The notes below the pieces were generated by a model, which was given only the letters and a program-made list of their open reading frames with translations, ran no database searches and was not told the DNA's origin. This document shows positions 9,170-17,578 of a DNA stretch of 31,743 nt, piece by piece. Every line of letters begins with the position of its first letter. The stretch's first letter is position 1. Both the position numbers and the translations under genes were made by a program. Source of the stretch: Kofleriaceae bacterium. GTDB taxonomy: Bacteria; Myxococcota_A; Polyangia; Haliangiales; Haliangiaceae. The stretch spans positions 1-31,743 of the forward strand of contig DATMCI010000056.1 in assembly GCA_035558535.1 (NCBI GenBank), written 5' to 3'.

Positions 9170-10984
9170 ATGCACGCGCAGCTCCTCGCCGAGATCCTCG
9201 CGGAGCCGCGCTCGATCGCGCCGCGGCTGGTCTACGCCGACGCGCTGCTCGAGGCTGGCGACCCGCGCGGCGAGCTCATCCAGCTCCAGTGCGCGCTCGA
9301 GGAGCAGGGCGCCGACGATCCGGCGCGCGAGGAGCGCGAGGCGCGCGCGGCTGACCTGCTCGCGCAGCACGAGCCGGCGTGGACGCGCGAGCTGCGCGCG
9401 AGCTGCCAGCTCCACGATCACCCGTTCGAGCTCGGCTTCCGCCGCGGCTTCGTCGAGCGCGCGCGGGTGCCGGGCAGCCGCGTGCCGGAGGTGCTGCCGC
9501 TGCTCGCGGCGCAGACCCCGCTGCGCGAGCTGCAGCTCCGCATCAAGGGTTCCATCGAGGCGCTCGCCGAGGTCCCTGGCCTGATGGAGCTGGAGGGCCT
9601 GTCGCTGGACGGCTCGACGACCGCCGGCGACCGCGCGCGCGCGTTCGCGCGCTGGCCGCACCGCGGGCGGCTGCGCTCGCTCGAAGCCGACGACGGGACC
9701 GCCATCGCGCACGCGGTGGCCGAGACGCCGGCGCTGGCCGGGCTCGAGAGCCTCGCGCTGAGCTTCGTCGACGCCCGGGGGGTCGCGGCGCTCGCCGCGG
9801 CGGCGCACCTCGCGCCCCTGCGCAAGCTGCGGCTCGCCCACGCCGTGATCGACGGCGCGGAGCTCGCCGCGCTCGGGCGCGCCGAGGTGTGGCCCGCGCT
9901 CGAGGCGCTCGATCTCCGGCGCTCGCGCGTGGGCGGCAACGGCGCGCTCGCGCTCGCGCACCTGGCCGCCGCGCGCCTGCGCGAGCTGCGCTGCGATCAG
10001 GGACTCGCCGCCGACGACGTGCTCGCGCTCGCCGCCCGCGCCCCGGACCTCGAGGTCGCCGATCTCGAGGGCGTCCGGCTCCAGGACACCGGCGCGCGGG
10101 CGCTCCTCCACGGCGCGGCCGCGCGCGCGAAGCTGCGCCACCTCGATCTCTCCGACACCGGGCTCTCGGACCAGGGCCTCGCCGGCGTGGTGCGCGCGCT
10201 CGAGGACGCCAGCCTGCGCCGGCTCGCGTGCTGCAAGAACGATCTGTCCACCGCCGCCACCGCGGCGATCGCGGCGAGCCGCGCGCTCGACGGTCTGCAG
10301 CAGCTGTTCCTGGCGGGGTGCCCGCTCGGCGACGCCGGGGTGACGGCGCTCGCGAGGAGCGCGCACCTGCCGGCGCTCCGCGTGCTCGATCTCGCGCGGA
10401 CCGAGTGCGGCCGCGGCGGGCTCCAGGCGCTCGGCCAAAGCGAGCTCGGGGCGCGCCTGGTCTCGCTGGAGCTCGGCTACAATGAGCTCGTCGATCGCGA
10501 TCTCGGCGCGCTGCTCGCCGGGCGTCGCCTCGATCGGCTCGAGCGCCTCACCCTCGGCGGCCTGGACCTGGAGCTGCCCGGCGCCCGCGTGCTCGCCGGC
10601 TCGCCGCTCGCCGCGCGCCTCCGGGCCCTCACCCTCGGGCGGCTCCAGCCCGACGCGGCCGCCCTGCTCGCGGCGGCCGACCTGCCCGAGCTGCGGCAGC
10701 TCGTCATCGGCGACTTCGACGATCGCGCCGCCGCGATCCTCGCCCAGTCGCGCGGCACGCCGTGCCTCTCGCACGTGGTGATGTTCAGCTCCCAGCTCAC
10801 CGACCAGGGCGCGTTCGCGCTCGCGGAGGCCCCCGGGCTCACGCGGATCACGTGGCTCGAGCTCGACGCGCCGCACGTGACCGATGCCGGCAAGGACGCG
10901 CTGCGGCGACGCTTCGGCCACCGCGTCGGCGTGTTCTCCGGCGCCACGCTGCACGCGTTCTCGGCGCTGTCGCGCCGGTTCTGA
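9170..10984 (+). CDS. TIGR02996-type N-terminal 'repeat-companion' domain fused to ribonuclease-inhibitor-like leucine-rich repeats
   Basis: N-terminus LVYADALLEAGDPRGELIQLQ matches the TIGR02996 signature. Repeated L-rich ~28-aa units follow (LDLSDTGLSDQGLAGVVRAL, LAGCPLGDAGVTALA...). Starts 55 bp after the STAND stop on the same strand. Confidence 0.7.
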   Translation: MHAQLLAEILAEPRSIAPRLVYADALLEAGDPRGELIQLQCALEEQGADDPAREEREARAADLLAQHEPAWTRELRASCQLHDHPFELGFRRGFVERARVPGSRVPEVLPLLAAQTPLRELQLRIKGSIEALAEVPGLMELEGLSLDGSTTAGDRARAFARWPHRGRLRSLEADDGTAIAHAVAETPALAGLESLALSFVDARGVAALAAAAHLAPLRKLRLAHAVIDGAELAALGRAEVWPALEALDLRRSRVGGNGALALAHLAAARLRELRCDQGLAADDVLALAARAPDLEVADLEGVRLQDTGARALLHGAAARAKLRHLDLSDTGLSDQGLAGVVRALEDASLRRLACCKNDLSTAATAAIAASRALDGLQQLFLAGCPLGDAGVTALARSAHLPALRVLDLARTECGRGGLQALGQSELGARLVSLELGYNELVDRDLGALLAGRRLDRLERLTLGGLDLELPGARVLAGSPLAARLRALTLGRLQPDAAALLAAADLPELRQLVIGDFDDRAAAILAQSRGTPCLSHVVMFSSQLTDQGAFALAEAPGLTRITWLELDAPHVTDAGKDALRRRFGHRVGVFSGATLHAFSALSRRF

Positions 10985-11009
10985 GGCACGATGTGGAGAG
11001 GAGAACTGG

Positions 11010-11747
11010 ATGGACAGCCCCGGCGATGAGTGGCAGGCGCGTCAGGAGCTCGCGGCGTGCTATCGCGTGTTCGATCACCTCGGCTGGACCGAGCTGATCT
11101 ACAACCACATCTCGCTGCGCGTGCCCGGGCCCGAGCGGCACTTCCTGATCAACCCGTTCGGGCTCCACTACAGCGAGGTCCGCGCGTCGAACCTGGTGAA
11201 GGTCGATCTCGACGGCGCGATCATCGGCACCTCGGCGTGGGGCATCAACCCGGCCGGCTTCGCGCCGCACGCGACCATCCACCGCGCGATCGAGCGGGCG
11301 CACTGCGTGATGCACACGCACACGACGACCGGCATGGCCGTCGCCTGCTCGGCGCAGGGCCTGTCGATCAGCAACTTCTACGCGGCGCAGCTCGGCGAGC
11401 GCCTCGCCTATCACGACTTCGAGGGGATCACCGTGCACGCCGACGAGGGCGCGCGGTTGCTCGCGAACATCGGCGACCGGCAGGCCGTGATCCTGCGCAA
11501 CCACGGGCTGCTCGCCTGGGGCGAGACCCTGCCGCAGACGTTCCACCTGCTCTGGACGCTGCAGCGCGCGTGCGACGTGCAAGTCGCCGGCGCGGCCCTC
11601 GGCCCGCCGCTCCTCGTCCCCGAGCCGATCCAGCGCCGCTGCGCCGCCGACGCGCACAAGGTCAGCGCCAGCGCGGCGTGGGGCCAGGACGTCTTCGACG
11701 CGCTGGTGCGCCTCGTCGACCGCACCGATCGCAGCTGGCGCGACTGA
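11010..11747 (+). CDS. Class II aldolase/adducin family protein
   Basis: RBS ggagaggag precedes ATG at 11010. Metal-binding region HAIERAHCVMHTHTTTGMAVAC and NHGLLAWGETL match class II aldolase/epimerase motifs. Confidence 0.85.
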   Translation: MDSPGDEWQARQELAACYRVFDHLGWTELIYNHISLRVPGPERHFLINPFGLHYSEVRASNLVKVDLDGAIIGTSAWGINPAGFAPHATIHRAIERAHCVMHTHTTTGMAVACSAQGLSISNFYAAQLGERLAYHDFEGITVHADEGARLLANIGDRQAVILRNHGLLAWGETLPQTFHLLWTLQRACDVQVAGAALGPPLLVPEPIQRRCAADAHKVSASAAWGQDVFDALVRLVDRTDRSWRD

Positions 11748-11793
11748 CGCCCCGCGCCCCGCGACTCCGCCAGCCCAGCGGGAACAAGCCGCC

Positions 11794-11833
11794 GATCGAT
11801 CAGCTAGTCGCGTCGAACGGGGCGTAGCCGCGG
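11794..11833. repeat. 40-bp direct repeat copy A (gatcgatcagctagtcgcgtcgaacggggcgtagccgcgg), 36/40 identical to copy B at 21342-21381
   Basis: Direct comparison of the two stretches. Copy A sits in the convergent gap between the aldolase (+) and VOC (-) genes. In an otherwise non-coding frame it would read ...[10 protein letters not shown], which is the MVP C-terminus. Confidence 0.85.
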
Positions 11834-11834
11834 C

Positions 11835-12284
11835 TCACCGCGCAAACAGGCGCTCCGGATCCTTGAACGACTTGAGCTCGATGTGATTGCCGCTGGGATC
11901 GCGCAGGAACATCGTCGCCTGTTCGCCGACCTGCCCCGGAAACCGCACGTGGGGCGCGATCACGAACGTCACACCCGCGCGCTCGAGCCGCCCCGCCAGG
12001 TCGTGCCACGTATCCCACGGCAGGATGGCGCCGAAATGCGGCACCGGCACCTGCTTGCCGTCAACTGGGTTCTCGCCAGCGGGGGTGATCGGTTCGTGCG
12101 GCTGCCCCCGAGACGCGAGGTGATGCGCCGTGAGCTGATGCCCGAAGAAGTCGAGATCGATCCACGACTCACTCTCTCGACCGACCCGGCAACCGAGCAG
12201 CTCGCAGTAGAACGCCCGGGTGGCCTCCAGATCGGTGACAGGGAACGCGAGATGGAACGGGGGCAGACTCATCGCGGCAAGCAT
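11835..12284 (-). CDS. VOC family (glyoxalase/bleomycin-resistance/dioxygenase fold) protein
   Basis: [23 protein letters not shown] ... [29 protein letters not shown] ... [13 protein letters not shown], the typical paired beta-alpha-beta-beta-beta module. Confidence 0.8.
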   Translation of the reverse strand: MLAAMSLPPFHLAFPVTDLEATRAFYCELLGCRVGRESESWIDLDFFGHQLTAHHLASRGQPHEPITPAGENPVDGKQVPVPHFGAILPWDTWHDLAGRLERAGVTFVIAPHVRFPGQVGEQATMFLRDPSGNHIELKSFKDPERLFAR

Positions 12285-12335
12285 CGCATGTCGCCGCCAG
12301 CGACGCGGCAGAACCACGACGAATGCGCGATCGCG

Positions 12336-12770
12336 TCAACCGCCTCGAGCTCCCGGCGCCGGGGCTTCGGCGCGATGCCCGGTCAAGGAAAGGAGGATGT
12401 GCCCTGCGAGTGCTCCGAGCTCCGTCTGAAGGAACCTGGAATCGATGGCACTACCGAAACGCACCCAAAGCGGATCCCAATAAACTTCCGTTCGTGTGCT
12501 GGTCACTTGCAGGTAATGCTTCAACGACGCGAGGCGCTGATGGACATCCGGAGCGGCGACTTCGTCGGGAGCCACGATGTCGAGATAACTCACGATCCGG
12601 TTCTCCCCCGGCGGCACCTCCAGCCACTGGCGAACGAGCTCCCCCGGGTTCGTGTCTGGAAGCAGCTCGTCCGGGACGCGCGTCCAGACGGACGACCCAT
12701 GGACGTACTGATAGACGTTGACGCCGCGTGCTCCGCGCGGCGACACGACACGCTGCGCGGTCAGTAGCAC
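12336..12770 (-). CDS. Hypothetical protein (144 aa), third gene of the low-GC HEPN operon; GTG start overlapping the upstream stop (TAGTG)
   Basis: Protein-like composition. 1-nt overlap with the upstream gene. No family recognised. Confidence 0.5.
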   Translation of the reverse strand: MLLTAQRVVSPRGARGVNVYQYVHGSSVWTRVPDELLPDTNPGELVRQWLEVPPGENRIVSYLDIVAPDEVAAPDVHQRLASLKHYLQVTSTRTEVYWDPLWVRFGSAIDSRFLQTELGALAGHILLSLTGHRAEAPAPGARGG

Positions 12771-13192
12771 TACGCCGCCTTCCGGGGCAGCTCACTGCTA
12801 CCGGTTCCTGGCGCCCCGCTTCGCGGATGCAACGCGATGTCGGTCCCCAGTGGAGGAACTTCCACATCGAGTATACGAGCGGCGGTGTCCACATCGAGCG
12901 TGACCTCGGCCAGGAGCGCCCGTTCGACGAAATCAGAGTAGAGGCGAGCAGACTCGGCGCGTGTATGGAAGATGACGATCACGGGACCGCCCGCCACTGC
13001 CTCCATCTCCTTCCGGATCGGCCGCAAGCTGCGAAACAGCTCGCGCTGCTCGGCGGCATCGGCGTTGAAGATCTCCAACGTTCGCTCGCGGCCATCGTAG
13101 TCGCCCAAGACGTTCTGCGCCCACCGAACCGGACGGCCGCTGAGCGCATCGCTGATGCGCCGTGCGAGCTCTTCGCGCACTGGCGTCGTCAT
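12770..13192 (-). CDS. Hypothetical protein (140 aa), middle gene of the low-GC HEPN operon; ATG overlaps the HEPN stop (ATGA)
   Basis: Translational coupling on both sides. No GS-x-D-x-D nucleotidyltransferase motif, so it is not a canonical MNT partner. No family recognised. Confidence 0.5.
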   Translation of the reverse strand: MTTPVREELARRISDALSGRPVRWAQNVLGDYDGRERTLEIFNADAAEQRELFRSLRPIRKEMEAVAGGPVIVIFHTRAESARLYSDFVERALLAEVTLDVDTAARILDVEVPPLGTDIALHPRSGAPGTGSSELPRKAA

Positions 13193-13578
13193 GACGCCTT
13201 CCTTTCGAGCACCTCGGCGACCAACCGCTGTGCCATCACTTGGGCGTCGGAAGCCTCGTCGTACTCGATCATGTCTTCGTAGTAGTCTGCCTTGACGCGA
13301 AGATCGCGAAGTCTCGAGAGATCATCACACAAATCGTCATCCAAGATTCCCCACTCCTGGGCACGGCTGGGAAGGGTGTCATGACGATAATACTGCGCCC
13401 CGCGAGAATCGAACGAGAGGCCCTCTTGCTGAGCGCGGTCTGCGACGGCTTGGTAGGCTGCGTAATACGCGCGCGCCGTCGCCGCGTTGGACAACGGTTC
13501 CACCCGGCCATCGTCTGATCGATCGAGCAAGCGCTCGGCCGCCTCGAGGTTCTCCCTTGCCTTCTCATCGAGCCGCAT
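13189..13578 (-). CDS. HEPN-like domain protein (first gene of a translationally coupled three-gene operon)
   Basis: MRLDEKARENLEAAERLL ... ATARAYYAAYQAVADRAQQEGL ... SRGAQYYRHD ... LRDLRVKADYYEDMIEYDEASDAQVMAQRL. This is an all-alpha HEPN-like pattern with an R-x6-H (RGAQYYRH) candidate catalytic motif. ATG at 13578 is preferred over 13659, which would overlap the divergent gene. Confidence 0.5.
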   Translation of the reverse strand: MRLDEKARENLEAAERLLDRSDDGRVEPLSNAATARAYYAAYQAVADRAQQEGLSFDSRGAQYYRHDTLPSRAQEWGILDDDLCDDLSRLRDLRVKADYYEDMIEYDEASDAQVMAQRLVAEVLERKAS

Positions 13579-13647
13579 GGTCCTGGGGGTAGATTGGAGC
13601 GCTGGGACCACGATGTCCACAGGCGAACGCGAGCCCGGCCGCCGTGG

Positions 13648-13806
13648 CGGCCGGAACAATCCGCCGCCGGCCCGCGTTCAGCGCTGATGTTGCGCACCGC
13701 GACGCTCGGCCTCGCCCTCTACCTCGCGTTCACCGCGTCGGCTCGCAGCACGCTCTCGGTGATCGTCGTCTGCCCCATCGCGGCGCCGCCCGCTCGGAGC
13801 GTGCTG
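13648..13806 (+). repeat. R-family repeat copy R1 (5' region and signal-peptide coding part of the Pro-rich gene), ~85% identical over ~100 bp to 17443-17546
   Basis: gctcggcctcgccctctacctcgcgttcaccgcgtcg is identical in both copies and downstream identity is also high. The upstream part shares atccgccgc with R2/R3. Confidence 0.7.
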
Positions 13807-14700
13807 GTTGCAGCGCCGCAGCCGCAGCCTCCTCCGCCGCAACCACCACAGCCACAGCCCCCTCCGCCGCAACCACCGCAGCCACCTCCCCCACCGCCTG
13901 CGCCACCGCCCCCGGCCCCCGCTGCGCAAGATCCGTGTCCCGCGCCGTTCACGGCGGGCACGACCGGCGAGCTCCACGCGCCGCCCGGCATCGACGCGCT
14001 CACCCCGTCGCGGCACGACGTCCGCTTGCTCGCGGCCTGGAGCCGCGACGCGCTGCACGTCAGCACCGACGAGGGGCAATCGTTCCAGCAAGTACTCGAT
14101 CACCGCGGCGAGATCGGCGACGTGGCCTTCGACTGCCACGGCCGCCTGCACGCCCTCCGCGGCGACGGCGAGCTCGGCACCTACGACCCACGCACGAAGG
14201 CAGAGCGCTGGACGCGCGTGACGACGCTCTGGTCGCGCGGCGACACGATCGATCCAGGCCGGCTGGTCCCCGACGGCGCCGGTGTCGCGGTCATCGGCAA
14301 CACGCCGACGCGGCGCGATCGGCTCTGGCTCGTGCGCCGCGGCGAAGACGGACGCTGGCACGCAAAGCACCTGTTCAGCGATCGCGAGCCGGACTACTGG
14401 TCCGGAATCTACATCGGCTCGATCCGCGTGCTCCCCGGCGATCGGATCCGCCTCATGGCGACGCCGAACATGGCCGACTACGGCGTCGCCGAGTGCGGCT
14501 ACTCGAAGCTCTTCGAGGTGACGTTCGATCCCGGCGCCCGCCGGATCGCCGTCCGCGATCTCGGCGAGGGCGGCGAGCATCGGGACGACCGCCTCCAGCA
14601 GGACCCCATGGGGCGCTGGCTCCTCGTGACCGACGGCCGCGCGGCGCGGCTCACGACCGAGGAGCTCGCGGACCGGCTCGCCACGCCACCTCCCCCCTGA
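13687..14700 (+). CDS. Secreted proline-rich protein: Sec signal peptide, (PQPPPP)n linker, C-terminal globular domain of unknown function
   Basis: MLRTATLGLALYLAFTASA signal sequence. The linker PQPQPPPPQPPQPQPPPPQPPQPPPPPPAPPPPAP is encoded by an internal ~33-bp DNA duplication. GC3 bias is consistent with coding. Confidence 0.6.
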   Translation: MLRTATLGLALYLAFTASARSTLSVIVVCPIAAPPARSVLVAAPQPQPPPPQPPQPQPPPPQPPQPPPPPPAPPPPAPAAQDPCPAPFTAGTTGELHAPPGIDALTPSRHDVRLLAAWSRDALHVSTDEGQSFQQVLDHRGEIGDVAFDCHGRLHALRGDGELGTYDPRTKAERWTRVTTLWSRGDTIDPGRLVPDGAGVAVIGNTPTRRDRLWLVRRGEDGRWHAKHLFSDREPDYWSGIYIGSIRVLPGDRIRLMATPNMADYGVAECGYSKLFEVTFDPGARRIAVRDLGEGGEHRDDRLQQDPMGRWLLVTDGRAARLTTEELADRLATPPPP

Positions 14701-14724
14701 GGCCCGGGTGATACCGTCGGCGCG

Positions 14725-15696
14725 ATGCAGCGCTACGAGCTGGCGGACGGGACCTCGAACAAGTTCTGGGAGATCGGGCTCGACGGTAAGACCGTCACGG
14801 TGCGGTTCGGCCGGATCGGCACGACCGGCCAGACGCAGGTCAAGACGCACGCCTCGCCCGAGGCCGCACGCAAGGAGCGCGACAAGCTCGTGGCCGAGAA
14901 GACGAAGAAAGGCTACCGCCTCGCGGCCGCGCGTGGCCCCGCGGCCGCGAAGGCCGGCGCGAAGGCCAGCGCGAAGACCAAGGCCAAGGCCAAGCTGGTG
15001 CCGCTGCTCGCCGACGGCGCGCCGAAAGACGTCGTCGCGCTGCGCAAGCTCGCCGCGCAGGCGCGCGAAGGAGACGAGGCGATGACGCGCACGTACATCA
15101 TCACGGTGACGAAGGGCAAGCCCGGCGTCATGCGCGCTGGCGGCCCACCGATCGGCGTCACCGACAAGACGCGCCCCAAGTACGACGGCGCGTTCATGCA
15201 CCACCTCATCACGCTCGATCTCGACGCGATGCCCGAGCTGCGCAAGCAGCACAAGCCGCTCGCGCGCGCCCGCGCGCTCGCGCTGTTCATCTCCAACGCG
15301 ATGGACAACGAGGCATTCGACGACGACACCCAGGAGACCGCCGTCCTCGCGCTCGCCCCCAAGGACATCGCCCGCGGCGAGTGGACCGGCCCCGCCGTCG
15401 GCGATCCGAAGCCGCACGCACTCGCGGCGTGGCCCGTCGACGTCCCCGCGCGCGTGTTCACGTTCGATCGCTACGCCACCGACGACGATGCCGACGACAC
15501 CGACGATCCCATGGCCGAGCTCCACGACGAGCTCATGTCCGCGTGCCGCGCGGGCGGCCAGGTCATCCACTGGTCCGGCGACGATCCCGACGACCGCTGG
15601 GTGTTCCAGTTCAACGAGGATCTCGTCGAGGTCAACCTCGGCGACGCCGGCACGATGTACGTGTTCACCGATCGCGCTTACTGGGACGGACACTGA
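14725..15696 (+). CDS. WGR domain + DUF1963 (YwqG-like) domain protein
   Basis: N-terminus MQRYELADGTSNKFWEIGLDGKTVTVRFGRIGTTGQTQVK...KGY matches WGR. The C-terminal region (GGPPIG, HHLITLDL, DAGTMYVFTD) matches the DUF1963 pattern. Confidence 0.65.
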   Translation: MQRYELADGTSNKFWEIGLDGKTVTVRFGRIGTTGQTQVKTHASPEAARKERDKLVAEKTKKGYRLAAARGPAAAKAGAKASAKTKAKAKLVPLLADGAPKDVVALRKLAAQAREGDEAMTRTYIITVTKGKPGVMRAGGPPIGVTDKTRPKYDGAFMHHLITLDLDAMPELRKQHKPLARARALALFISNAMDNEAFDDDTQETAVLALAPKDIARGEWTGPAVGDPKPHALAAWPVDVPARVFTFDRYATDDDADDTDDPMAELHDELMSACRAGGQVIHWSGDDPDDRWVFQFNEDLVEVNLGDAGTMYVFTDRAYWDGH

Positions 15697-15697
15697 G

Positions 15698-17371
15698 ATG
15701 CTGCCTGGAAACTGGACCGCGGAGGACCTCACCGCGGAGCTCAGCTCGCACGGGGGCGTCATCCTCGAACGCGGCCTCCACTACATCCAATCGCCCATCT
15801 ACCTGCCGAGCGGGACGACCCTCGAGGGCCTCGGCTACTCGACGCACATCGCCTGCACTGGCGACTTCCCCGCGTTCATCACGCGCGAAGGAGCCGGCGG
15901 CCCCCGGTCCGAGCGCGTGACCGTGCAGAACCTCCGCGTCCGGCGGAACAACACCTCAGGCGCGGGGACGCCGCAGACGCAGAGCATCGGCATCCGCTGG
16001 TGGGGCAACGATCTTCGCTTCGAGGATCTCTGGCTCGAGGATCACTTCTGCAGCACCCAGGGCGAGGACGTCGGGCTCGGCGGCGCGGCAGACTACGTGA
16101 GCCCGACCGCGCCGACGGCGTGCGGCCCGAACGCCCTGACCGACAGCACGCGGTCGTGGGCGCCCAACGAGCACGCCGGGCGGTGGGTCTACTCGGGCAA
16201 CGCGTCGATGTTCCTCATCACCGGCAACAACGCCACGACGCTGTACCTCGATGCCGGCGGCGCGACCCCCGAGAGCTTCCCGTACACGATCTTCCTCGGC
16301 GTCGCCGAGCTCGATCCGAGCTACGACGTGAAGCTCATCAACGTCCGCTCGAGGCACGTGGCCGGCTTCAGTCTGTACGGCTCCCAGTGGGGGTTCGAGG
16401 TCAACTCCGTCCGCGGCTACGTGCAGCGCGACTGCCAGCACACAGGCTCGCGCCTCGACGGCACGAAGCTCCGGCGCAACACGCAGGACGTGCTGATCGA
16501 TGGCGGTCGCTACTACGGCTGTCGCCAGGCCGGGATCAACCTCTTCGGGGGCGGGTACCGCGTGAAGCTGCGCGGCGGCGTCTGCGACGGGAACGGCATC
16601 GCCGGCGTCCCCGCGAGCGGGATCGAGATCAAGACCTCCTGGCTGAACCCATGCTTCGGGAATGTCGCCGAGATCGAGATCGATGGCTGGACGTGCCGCG
16701 ACAACGCCGGCTCGGGGCTCGTCATCAACCGCGACGCCGACGCGCCCGTGACGCGGTCGCTCGTCCAGCACGTGTCGATCCGAGGCGGCGTGATGGAGGC
16801 GAACCGGTGCGGCTGGGACGACGGATCGGCCAGCGGCGCCGGCATGTACCTCCGCGGCCGCGACATCACCGTCGAAGGGACACGGCTGATCCGCAACCTG
16901 GGGGTCGGCCTGTGGGCGACGAGCGACGCGCGCGACGTCACCCTCGCGAACATCGCCTGCATCGCCAACGGCGCGCACGCCGCCGGTGGCGGCTCGAACC
17001 TCGTGATCGATGGACAGCGGATCAAGGTCGCGCACCTCACCTCGCACGGGAAGGAGTCGACCGACGTCTCCGACGACGCCGAATTCGACGCGCTCCCCGT
17101 CGTCACCGCGAACGCGGTGCTGGTCCAGAGCACGGCTCGCGCGGTCACGATCTGGATCCGCGACGCAGACGTGCGCGGCCACAGCCTGACCATCCCGATC
17201 AACACCGTCGCTGGCGCCGAGCTCATCGCCCACTACGAAGGGGCCGGCGCGCCGTACCGGTTCGGCGGGATCGGCTCCACGTTCCAGCGGACCGACGGCG
17301 GGACCGGCACGTCGCTCTACGTCAAGGAGAGCGGCACCGCGGTGACCCCGACCGGCTGGACCGGGAAGTAG
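15698..17371 (+). CDS. Right-handed parallel beta-helix repeat protein (pectate-lyase/tailspike-like fold), no signal peptide
   Basis: ATG at 15698, 1 nt after the WGR gene stop. Recurring beta-helix rungs (GIEIKTS..., NAGSGLVINRDAD, SIRGGVMEANRCG, GVGLWATSDARDVTLANIACIANG, NLVIDGQRIKVAHL). Confidence 0.65.
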   Translation: MLPGNWTAEDLTAELSSHGGVILERGLHYIQSPIYLPSGTTLEGLGYSTHIACTGDFPAFITREGAGGPRSERVTVQNLRVRRNNTSGAGTPQTQSIGIRWWGNDLRFEDLWLEDHFCSTQGEDVGLGGAADYVSPTAPTACGPNALTDSTRSWAPNEHAGRWVYSGNASMFLITGNNATTLYLDAGGATPESFPYTIFLGVAELDPSYDVKLINVRSRHVAGFSLYGSQWGFEVNSVRGYVQRDCQHTGSRLDGTKLRRNTQDVLIDGGRYYGCRQAGINLFGGGYRVKLRGGVCDGNGIAGVPASGIEIKTSWLNPCFGNVAEIEIDGWTCRDNAGSGLVINRDADAPVTRSLVQHVSIRGGVMEANRCGWDDGSASGAGMYLRGRDITVEGTRLIRNLGVGLWATSDARDVTLANIACIANGAHAAGGGSNLVIDGQRIKVAHLTSHGKESTDVSDDAEFDALPVVTANAVLVQSTARAVTIWIRDADVRGHSLTIPINTVAGAELIAHYEGAGAPYRFGGIGSTFQRTDGGTGTSLYVKESGTAVTPTGWTGK

Positions 17372-17405
17372 CCCCGGCCGCCCCCGCCCGCCCCGGCCGT
17401 CCCCA

Positions 17406-17546
17406 CCATATCGGCGCGGATAACTCGCGATCCGCCGCTATCGCTCGGCCTCGCCCTCTACCTCGCGTTCACCGCGTCGCATCGCGGCACTGTCTCGGTG
17501 ACCGTCGTCTGCCCCGCCGCGGCGCCGCCCACCCGTCCCCTGAGGC
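17406..17546 (+). repeat. R-family repeat copy R2: hairpin module (gcggataactcgcgatccgc) plus a pseudo-copy of the Pro-rich gene signal-peptide region
   Basis: See R1 and R3. Lies in the convergent gap between the beta-helix gene and the CxxCH lipoprotein gene. Codes for nothing in context. Confidence 0.7.
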
Positions 17547-17578
17547 CGCGAGCGCCACGAGCGCGACCGGTGCTCAGC

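Noticed and set aside
9158-10989. ORFs 9158..10954 (-), 9379..10485 (+), 9418..9939 (-), 10477..10989 (-) overlapping the LRR gene
   Set aside because: Antisense or off-frame shadows. No domain content and extreme Arg/Ala bias.
11030-11827. 265-aa ORF in an alternate frame of the aldolase gene
   Set aside because: Overlaps the well-supported aldolase CDS out of frame. Only its last 10 codons are meaningful, as the relic MVP terminus (covered in the direct-repeat finding).
11883-12767. 294-aa plus-strand ORF across the VOC gene and the HEPN-operon 3' gene
   Set aside because: Antisense to two supported minus-strand genes. No motifs.
13594-13686. Upstream extension of the Pro-rich gene (ORF start 13594) and of the HEPN gene (ORF start 13659)
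   Set aside because: The two extensions would overlap each other in the divergent promoter region. Internal starts at 13687 and 13578 give a signal peptide and a clean HEPN N-terminus respectively.
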